64,000 nucleotides of DNA from Clostridiales bacterium (GTDB lineage Bacteria > Bacillota > Clostridia > Oscillospirales > CAG-272), in NCBI GenBank assembly GCA_022793655.1, contig JAAWDG010000014.1:34636-98635 (forward strand). Reading direction: 5' to 3'. Positions 36,510 through 43,746 of this stretch are shown piece by piece. A model generated the notes under the pieces. The model was not told the origin of the DNA and did no database searches. It saw only the letters and a list, made by a program, of their open reading frames with translations. Each line of letters starts with the position of its first letter. Position 1 is the stretch's first letter. The position numbers and the translations under genes are program-made.

Positions 36510-36558
36510 TATAAATAATTGTGCGCTAAAAACTGATCATAGAAAGGAGTTTTGTAAA

Positions 36559-37560
36559 ATGATTTATGTTGTAATTGGCATTTTGATTGTGTTGTTCATT
36601 CTTCTTTTTTCGGGTATTCGTATTGTGCCGCAGGCACATGAGTATGTTATTGAATTCTTGGGAAAATACAAGACAACATGGTCGGCGGGCATCCATTTTC
36701 TTGTACCATTTTTCGAGCGAATCGCTAAAAAGATTACGTTAAAAGAGCAGGTGCTTGATTCACCGCCCCAACCGGTTATTACCAAAGATAATGTTACCAT
36801 GCAGATTGATACGGTTGTGTATTTTAAGGTTTTTGACGCGAAGTTATATACGTATGGCGCCGTAAACCCTATGAGTGCGCTGGAAAATTTAACGGCCACC
36901 ACCCTGCGTAATATTGTGGGTGAGTTGGAATTAGACGGCACCCTGACCAGCCGGGATACCATTAACGGAAAAATGACCGAGATTTTGGACGAGGCGACCG
37001 ACCAGTGGGGCATTAAAGTGAACCGCGTGGAGCTTAAAAATATCATTCCGCCGAAAGAAATTCAAGTGGCCATGGAAAAGCAGATGAAAGCCGAACGAGA
37101 TCGGCGTGAAACGCTTTTGCAGGCGGAGGGTCACAAGGCAGCGGCCATTACACGCGCCGAAGGCGACAAACAGGCCATGATTTTGGAGGCCGAGGGCCAA
37201 CGGGATGCACGCATTGCCCGGGCCGAAGGTGAGGCGAAAGCCGTCTTTTTGGCGAAAAAGGCAGAAGCAGACGGTATCCGTGCGATTAAAGAAGCTGGCG
37301 CGAATGCCGCTGTGTTAGAATTAAAGCGCTATGAGGCGTTGATGAAAGTGGCCGAGGGAAAAGCGGCGAAGCTGATTATTCCTACTGATGCGGTTGAGGC
37401 GGTCAAGCGAAATGTAATCTTTTCCGAGACTGCCGGCATTGGTGATGTGACTTGGCCGGCGCCCAATGAATCTAAACCACAGCAAGAGGATCCTTGCTGC
37501 GATGATGATGTGGCGGAAGACTTTCATCGCCCTGATCAAGCAGCGTTTGAAGAAGAATAA
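36559..37560 (+). CDS. SPFH/Band 7 (stomatin/prohibitin-like) membrane protein
   Basis: N-terminal TM, then RIVPQAHEYVIEFLGKY...ITKDNVTMQIDTVVYF and a long Ala/Glu coiled-coil (EAEGQRDARIARAEGEAKA). Confidence 0.85.
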   Translation: MIYVVIGILIVLFILLFSGIRIVPQAHEYVIEFLGKYKTTWSAGIHFLVPFFERIAKKITLKEQVLDSPPQPVITKDNVTMQIDTVVYFKVFDAKLYTYGAVNPMSALENLTATTLRNIVGELELDGTLTSRDTINGKMTEILDEATDQWGIKVNRVELKNIIPPKEIQVAMEKQMKAERDRRETLLQAEGHKAAAITRAEGDKQAMILEAEGQRDARIARAEGEAKAVFLAKKAEADGIRAIKEAGANAAVLELKRYEALMKVAEGKAAKLIIPTDAVEAVKRNVIFSETAGIGDVTWPAPNESKPQQEDPCCDDDVAEDFHRPDQAAFEEE

Positions 37561-37674
37561 TACGAACCACATCGATTGTGCGTTACGAATCATATTGGTT
37601 GAAATCGTCGTCAAATGGATTTTTGGCGGCGGTTTTTGTTATACAAACACTGCAATTATAGGCAGGAATTGTTA

Positions 37675-37703
37675 TTGTATTTAAAATCGAACTATGGTAC
37701 AAT
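37675..37703 (+). promoter_or_regulatory. sigma-A type promoter of the LRR lipoprotein gene
   Basis: TTGTAT (37675-37680), 17-nt spacer, TGgTACAAT (37695-37703). Confidence 0.45.
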
Positions 37704-37852
37704 GAAGACACCATGAAGAAAGTGCGAACATGGTTTCCTTGCAAAGCTTGTTTTTGCTTTACGAATTAAAACTCCGGCGGAGCCGGAAATTGGGCCGTTC
37801 TATCTAAAGCATCAGCGTTTTTTATTTTGCTTTATCGGGAGAGGAGAATTTC

Positions 37853-39664
37853 ATGAGTAGAAAAGGATTTCTTAGCATACTATTGCTGTGTGTTTTTTTG
37901 CTTTGCTCCTGTGATGCATATTTGCTGAAAGGTTATCCTGACTCGGCGGATGCGGCGCCTTCCGAAACCGAGGTAGAGGGCATCCGTTCTTATAAAAAAT
38001 TAGAATATTTTGAAGAAAACGGTCGGCTTGTTATTTTTTCCTATAAAGGGAATTTATCAGATTTAACAATTCCTGCCGAAATTGAAGGCCTGCCGGTGGA
38101 AGTGATTGGTACCGCCGCGTTTCAACATAAGGCCTTTTTGAAAACGGTTACACTGCCCGAATCCATAAAAGAAATTAGAGACCGCGCTTTTGATGGCTGT
38201 TCTACCTTAGAAAATGTTGTGTTTTCAGAGGGACTCACCAAAATAGGCAAATCTGCTTTTGCCAATTGCAGTGGGCTTGGCGCCTTGGATTTTCCATCCA
38301 CGCTTGAAACAATTGGCGCTTATGCGTTTCAGAACTGCAGCGGGCTGGAAACAGCGGAGCTTGCCTCGGTGCACCAAATCGGAGAGGGCGCTTTTGAGCA
38401 TTGTACCAGCTTGCAGACGGCTGATCTTGCCAGTATCACTTTATTAGGAGACCGTGCATTTTACGGTTGCTCTTCTTTAGAAGAGGTGGCTGTATTATCC
38501 GAGTCTTTGACGATTTTACCTGAGAGTTGCTTTTATGGCTGTTCCTCTTTAACAAGTATTGCGGTGCCCGAGGGGGTTGAAGCGATTATGCGAGATGCCT
38601 TTGCCGGCTGTTCTGCCTTGGAATCGGCATGGCTGCCTTCTACGCTCACTACGCTTGAGGTCGGCGCTTTTAAAGATTGCGTTTCGCTTGTGGCCATTGA
38701 GATTCCCGAAGGGGTTGCCGAAATCAAAGAACGCGCCTTTGATAGCTGTACGGCGCTGTCTGCCGTTTCGCTTCCTTCTTCGCTAACGCGCATAGGCACA
38801 TCGGCTTTTTATGGCTGCCGTTCGATAGAAGAATTGTCCTTGCCTTCCGGGGTAACTGAAATAGGCGCGTCTGCTTTTAGTGGCTGTTCCTCTCTTCGCC
38901 AAATTGAGTTGTCACGATCACTGCGCACCGTGGGCAGTAATGTGTTTTCAGGCTGTTCGGCTTTGGCGAATGTGGAGCTGCCTTATGGGATCAGAACGCT
39001 TGGCAGCGCTATGTTTAAGGACTGCGTCTCGCTTACCGAGATAGTGATTCCTGAATATGTGGTTGACTTGCCTGACTATTTGTTTTCCGGTTGTGAAAAG
39101 TTAGAAAAAGTGACCATTTTAGGGGACAATGTAGCGTTTATCGGCGCCAAAGCTTTTTATGGGTGTGAGTCGCTGAATCGTATGGATATACCTGATTCGG
39201 TGACCATCATTGGTCAAAATGCGTTTGCTAAATGCCCCTATCTTTTCGGTATTGCGATTCCCGACGGCGCCATTAAAATGGGGGTTGATTTGCTGCTTGA
39301 ATCGCCGAATACCATTATCGGATTTAATGCAGACCAAGACATGCTGGCCAAAGAGGAAGCGGGTGAGCCTATCGAGCTGGACGCTTTTTCGCATCCTGAA
39401 CTTGGCCACATGGTATTTTATTTTGACTATCGCACCAAATATCAAATCGTAGAAATGGATATGTGGACTACGCTGCGCGACGCACTGCCTGAGCGCTGTC
39501 CACATTGCGGCAGTACAAAAATCAAGCCGAGCGGCAAAACTACCTATACATTGGCATGGGAATTATCGGCGGCCGACGAGCCGCTGCCGGCCAGCTTTAT
39601 TTGTTATGATAAACACTGCGGCGAGGGATTCTCCCATGCGCTTGAAAAACAAGAAATCGAATAA
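37853..39664 (+). CDS. BspA-type leucine-rich-repeat surface lipoprotein with a C-terminal Cys4 ribbon-like segment
   Basis: Lipobox LLCSC. About 17 tandem ~23-aa repeats (..AFxxCxSLxxIxLPxxLxxIGxxAF..). The C-terminus has CPHCGS...CYDKHCGEG. Confidence 0.75.
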   Translation: MSRKGFLSILLLCVFLLCSCDAYLLKGYPDSADAAPSETEVEGIRSYKKLEYFEENGRLVIFSYKGNLSDLTIPAEIEGLPVEVIGTAAFQHKAFLKTVTLPESIKEIRDRAFDGCSTLENVVFSEGLTKIGKSAFANCSGLGALDFPSTLETIGAYAFQNCSGLETAELASVHQIGEGAFEHCTSLQTADLASITLLGDRAFYGCSSLEEVAVLSESLTILPESCFYGCSSLTSIAVPEGVEAIMRDAFAGCSALESAWLPSTLTTLEVGAFKDCVSLVAIEIPEGVAEIKERAFDSCTALSAVSLPSSLTRIGTSAFYGCRSIEELSLPSGVTEIGASAFSGCSSLRQIELSRSLRTVGSNVFSGCSALANVELPYGIRTLGSAMFKDCVSLTEIVIPEYVVDLPDYLFSGCEKLEKVTILGDNVAFIGAKAFYGCESLNRMDIPDSVTIIGQNAFAKCPYLFGIAIPDGAIKMGVDLLLESPNTIIGFNADQDMLAKEEAGEPIELDAFSHPELGHMVFYFDYRTKYQIVEMDMWTTLRDALPERCPHCGSTKIKPSGKTTYTLAWELSAADEPLPASFICYDKHCGEGFSHALEKQEIE

Positions 39665-39709
39665 ATCATATCAGTCGATGAATGGCGGAATGAAAGAGAG
39701 GACAATAGA

Positions 39710-40519
39710 ATGAAAGTTGGCGTTATTGTACGGTATCAAAATATCGAGGAAGAGTTTGCATGGATGCAGGAACATGGCATTGACAATTGTCAGTTTTATA
39801 TGTTTCCCGATCAAATTTCGGATGAAAACGTGCAGCGTGTGTGCCGGCTGCGTGAAGAGTACGGCATCGAGATTACCTCGCTTGTTGGCATGTGGACAGG
39901 GGTGGCCGCTTGGAATTTTTCGGCGGGTCCGGTCACGCTTGGCTTGATCCCTGTGGCCTATAGAGACCGCCGTATGGCCGAAATGCGGGTGTATTGCGAT
40001 TTGGCCGCGCGCCTTGGTATCAAGGATGTCAGCTCGCACATGGGCTTTATTCCCGAGTATATGTATGACCCTGTTTATCGGGAGTGGATTCCGGCTATGC
40101 AGGATTTAATGAAATATTATGAGGCCAAGGATATCTATCTTGATTTTGAAACCGGTCAGGAAACGCCGATTACTATGTTGCGGGCCATTCAGGATATTGG
40201 CAGTGATCGGCTGGGCGTGAATTTTGACAGCGGCAATTTGATTTTGTATGGCAAAGCAAATCCAGTAGATGCATTAGATATTTTGGGGCCATATGTGCGC
40301 GGCGTGCATGCGAAAGACGCCTTATATCCGACCGATCCTGTTCATTTAGGTGAAGAAAAAGCCTTAGGTGAAGGCAAGGTGAATTTTGGCGCACTACTTG
40401 CAAAGCTTAGTGAAGTGGGCTATACCGGGGCGATCACCATTGAACGCGAGTGCGCGGGCGAAAAGGAACGAGAGGATATTTTAAAAGGCAAAGCTTTGTT
40501 GGATACGCTGTTAATGTAA
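39710..40519 (+). CDS. sugar phosphate isomerase/epimerase (xylose-isomerase-like TIM barrel)
   Basis: 269 aa. Motifs VSSHMGFIP, YLDFETGQE, GVNFDSGNLILYG, HAKD and TIERE. Confidence 0.75.
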   Translation: MKVGVIVRYQNIEEEFAWMQEHGIDNCQFYMFPDQISDENVQRVCRLREEYGIEITSLVGMWTGVAAWNFSAGPVTLGLIPVAYRDRRMAEMRVYCDLAARLGIKDVSSHMGFIPEYMYDPVYREWIPAMQDLMKYYEAKDIYLDFETGQETPITMLRAIQDIGSDRLGVNFDSGNLILYGKANPVDALDILGPYVRGVHAKDALYPTDPVHLGEEKALGEGKVNFGALLAKLSEVGYTGAITIERECAGEKEREDILKGKALLDTLLM

Positions 40520-40540
40520 CATATATTTTTTAGCTACCGG

Positions 40541-40850
40541 AAAGATTGGCTTGTCATCCCTGTTGGGTGACAAGTCAATCTTTCTAAGAATAATCCTTAC
40601 GGATTATTCTTATTATAACATAAAAATTTCAGCTCTCTCAAAGTTTATCGTTTCCAGCTTCGCTGGAATGCAGCCTTGTAGGCCGCAAGGTAAACTTTCT
40701 AAGAACAAACCATACGGTTTGTTCTTATTGTAACATAAAGTTTACCGCCTCCTCGAAATTTAACGTTGCCGATTTATCCGGCAGGCCGTGCAGACGTACT
40801 TGCACGGCCAGTTAAATTTCTTAAGAACAAGCTATGTAGCTTGTTCTTAT
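40541..40850 (+). repeat. tandem array C of the structured repeat family (long hairpin, then three conserved-flank hairpins alternating with two multi-stem junctions)
   Basis: Long hairpin at 40541-40583. Conserved-flank hairpins at 40584-40613, 40699-40728 and 40821-40850. Junctions closed by AAAGTTTATC/GGTAAACTTT (40640-40698) and GAAATTTAAC/GTTAAATTTC (40755-40820). Confidence 0.7.
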
Positions 40851-40859
40851 TGTCTGCAC

Positions 40860-40893
40860 AAAAAACAAACGCTTTTTTCGCGTTTGTTTTTTT
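40860..40893 (+). terminator. rho-independent terminator
   Basis: AAAAACAAACGC (40861-40872) / GCGTTTGTTTTT (40880-40891) with a T-run. Confidence 0.8.
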
Positions 40894-40916
40894 ATGTTAA
40901 TTTTTTAACGATTCTC

Positions 40917-40945
40917 TTGTAAAAATAGCCAATTATTGATATAAT
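40917..40945 (+). promoter_or_regulatory. sigma-A type promoter of pgk-tpiA
   Basis: TTGTAA (40917-40922), 17-nt spacer, TATAAT (40940-40945). Confidence 0.5.
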
Positions 40946-41092
40946 AAAATTGGTATAAAATAAACTATATCATACTGGGCTTGTCTTGTTTGATAAATCG
41001 AGGTCAAACGATAAAATAGAGCCGGTTTAACAATTTGTATTTCATACACATCAACGTGTCATGACTATAATAAAGACAGAGGAGAGCAAGAA

Positions 41093-42391
41093 ATGGCAAT
41101 GTACAACAAAAAAACGATTGAAGATATTGACGTAAAAGGCAAAAGAGTGCTGGTACGGTGTGACTTTAACGTGCCCATGAAAGACGGCGTCATTACAGAT
41201 GACAAGCGCATTACAGGCGCATTTCCTACCGTAAAATATTTGGCGGATCAGGGCGCTAAGGTGATTTTATGTTCACATATGGGCCGTCCGCACAATATCA
41301 TGAATGCGGAAATCAAGCTAAGTAAAAAAGAAAAGAAAAAGATTGAGGCAATGCCCGCAGACGAGCAAGAGGCCGCTAAGGCCGCAGCGCTTGCAGCCGC
41401 CGCTGGCGACAATGTGAAATTTTCGTTAGCTCCGGCCGCTAAGAGACTCTCTGAATTGCTCGGCAAAGAAGTGGCTATGGCTAAAGATGTCATCGGACCA
41501 GACGCAAAGGCGAAAGCCGCGGCCCTCACCGACGGCGACGTGATGATGATTGAAAATGTTCGTTTCCATAGCGAAGAGGAAGCAAACGATCCTGCTTTTG
41601 CAAAAGAGCTTGCTTCAATGGCTGATATTTATGTAAATGATGCTTTTGGCACCGCTCACAGAGCGCATGCTTCTACCGCTGGTGTGGCTGATTATCTGCC
41701 AGCTGTTTGCGGTTATTTGATTCAAAAGGAAATTTCGATCATGGGCGGCGCATTAGCTGAGCCCAAGAGACCTTTTGTCGCTATTTTGGGCGGCGCTAAA
41801 GTGTCGGATAAAATTGGCGTTATCAATAATCTGCTTGAAAAGGTAGATACGCTGATTATCGGCGGCGGTATGGCTTATACTTTCTTTAAAGCACGCGGCA
41901 GAGAGGTCGGTTCTTCTCTTTGCGAGACCGACAAGATCGATTTGGCCTGCGAGTTGATGGAAAAGGCACGTGCGAAAGGTGTTAATTTCTTATTGCCTGT
42001 TGATAATATCATCGGCAGAGAGTATAAAGAAGATACCAGCTGCATGAGAATGTATTCAGATTCGATTCCAGACGGTTGGATGGGTCTCGATATCGGCCCG
42101 AAAACACAGGAGCTGTTTTCAAAGTCCATTGAAGGGGCTGGCACTGTGATTTGGAATGGTCCTATGGGCGTTTCCGAATGGGAGAATTTTGCTTCGGGCA
42201 CCATCAGCGTGGCAAAGGCTGTGGCTGATTCGGGCGCGGTATCGATCATTGGCGGCGGCGATTCAGCAGCAGCGGTTGAAAAGCTGGGCTTTGCGGATAA
42301 GATGACGCATATTTCTACCGGCGGCGGCGCATCCCTTGAATTTTTAGAGGGAAAAGAGCTGCCCGGCATTGCTTGCTTAAACGACAAATAA
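41093..42391 (+). CDS. pgk: phosphoglycerate kinase (with a ~34-aa low-complexity insertion)
   Basis: [32 protein letters not shown] and GGGDSAAA motifs. 432 aa versus the usual ~395. Confidence 0.9.
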   Translation: MAMYNKKTIEDIDVKGKRVLVRCDFNVPMKDGVITDDKRITGAFPTVKYLADQGAKVILCSHMGRPHNIMNAEIKLSKKEKKKIEAMPADEQEAAKAAALAAAAGDNVKFSLAPAAKRLSELLGKEVAMAKDVIGPDAKAKAAALTDGDVMMIENVRFHSEEEANDPAFAKELASMADIYVNDAFGTAHRAHASTAGVADYLPAVCGYLIQKEISIMGGALAEPKRPFVAILGGAKVSDKIGVINNLLEKVDTLIIGGGMAYTFFKARGREVGSSLCETDKIDLACELMEKARAKGVNFLLPVDNIIGREYKEDTSCMRMYSDSIPDGWMGLDIGPKTQELFSKSIEGAGTVIWNGPMGVSEWENFASGTISVAKAVADSGAVSIIGGGDSAAAVEKLGFADKMTHISTGGGASLEFLEGKELPGIACLNDK

Positions 42392-42479
42392 AAGAGAATA
42401 AAAACCAAAAGGCCAAAAATGAACCGCGTGATGGCGATTCATTTTTGGCTGGTTTGTGTACATAGGGAGAAAAAGAATC

Positions 42480-43250
42480 ATGAATAAAAATTTTAGAAAA
42501 GCGGTTATCGCGGGCAACTGGAAAATGAATAAAACACCGGCGCAGACCACCGCGTTAATAGAAGAATTAGTTCCTCTTGCTGATGGGCAGGATGGCTGTG
42601 ATATTGTTGTATGCACCCCGTTTGTGGATCTTGCGAATGCAATGGATGCTGCTAAAGGAACCAATATCAAAGTGGGTGCGCAAAATGTTCATTTTGAAGC
42701 AGCCGGCGCTTATACTGGTGAAATTTCCGCCGAGATGTTGTGTGAAATGGGCGTAGAATATGTCATCATCGGTCACAGCGAGCGCAGACAGTATTTTGGT
42801 GAAACCGATGTTACGGTCAACAAACGGGTGAAAGCGGCGTTGGCAAGCGGTCTTACGGTGATTCTGTGCGTCGGTGAGATGCTTGATGAAAGAGAGAACG
42901 GCATCACAAGCGAAATTGTCGCGATGCAGACCAAAATGGCGTTGCTTGGCGTAACAGCTGACCAGATGAAAAAGGTCATCATCGCCTATGAACCGGTTTG
43001 GGCAATTGGTACAGGCAAGACAGCTACCGCGGATCAGGCCGAAGAGGTGTGCGCCTTTATACGCAGCGTGTTGGCTGAATTGTATGGCGAAGAGTTGGCC
43101 AAGACGGTTACGATTCAGTATGGCGGCAGTATGAATGCGGGCAACGCGGCCGAGCTCTTGGCGAAGGAAAATATAGACGGCGGTTTGATTGGCGGCGCGT
43201 CGCTGAAACCGGCGGATTTTGCTAAGATTATCATGGCGGCACAGAACTAA
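42480..43250 (+). CDS. tpiA: triosephosphate isomerase
   Basis: ATG 42480 follows AGGGAGA. Motifs AGNWKMNK, IIGHSERR, YEPVWAIGTG and YGGS. Confidence 0.9.
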   Translation: MNKNFRKAVIAGNWKMNKTPAQTTALIEELVPLADGQDGCDIVVCTPFVDLANAMDAAKGTNIKVGAQNVHFEAAGAYTGEISAEMLCEMGVEYVIIGHSERRQYFGETDVTVNKRVKAALASGLTVILCVGEMLDERENGITSEIVAMQTKMALLGVTADQMKKVIIAYEPVWAIGTGKTATADQAEEVCAFIRSVLAELYGEELAKTVTIQYGGSMNAGNAAELLAKENIDGGLIGGASLKPADFAKIIMAAQN

Positions 43251-43263
43251 AACGAAAAAATAT

Positions 43264-43325
43264 AAAAGCAAGCTTCTTTGTATGATGGCGTTAATCGTGC
43301 GTGCAAAGGCTTGCTTTTTTATTTT
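43264..43325 (+). terminator. intrinsic terminator of pgk-tpiA
   Basis: AAAAGCAAGC (43264-43273) / GCTTGCTTTT (43309-43318) with an inner CTTTG/CAAAG stem, then TTTTTTATTTTT. Confidence 0.6.
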
Positions 43326-43635
43326 TATCAGATGTAGTGACATGGCTGTTGTCACTCTATAAAAGGCAGACTGTTCATCATATACCAAAAGAAACATGAC
43401 AAAATTCGGATTGTTTTGCGACCGTATGGTGCTATAATCGGCATGTATGTGATAAGCGATATAAGATGTCTTGTTTTGATTGCCTATTAAAATTGGGTGT
43501 GGAGAGGAAAGGTACAAGTCTGATGATGGCACAGGACGGTTGTCTCTTGGCTGCCTTTTTTAGTGAGAATTCCTCTGTGTATATGAAAATTATACGAAGA
43601 TTGCTTGGAGCTGTTCGTTCCTATGCGCTGGCGGG

Positions 43636-43664
43636 TTGAATTGTTTAGACACCTGTGGTAAAAT
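43636..43664 (+). promoter_or_regulatory. sigma-A type promoter of the 866-aa protein gene
   Basis: TTGAAT (43636-43641), 17-nt spacer, TGgTAAAAT (43656-43664). Confidence 0.5.
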
Positions 43665-43746
43665 ATAGATAAAATCAAATATAAAGATTGGGTATAAAAC
43701 GATTGTGTGATTCCCGCCAAGAAATCGAAATTCATGAGGCAGTGAA

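Noticed and set aside
42567-43532. 321-aa minus-strand ORF antisense to tpiA. Similar long antisense ORFs occur at 24942-25823, 31586-32191, 36564-37046, 41875-42408, 43590-44144, 45943-46416 and 51391-51909.
   Set aside because: They lie entirely within, or largely overlap, strongly supported + strand genes. They have low-complexity or Ser/Arg/Cys-rich composition and no start context or motifs. They are shadow ORFs.
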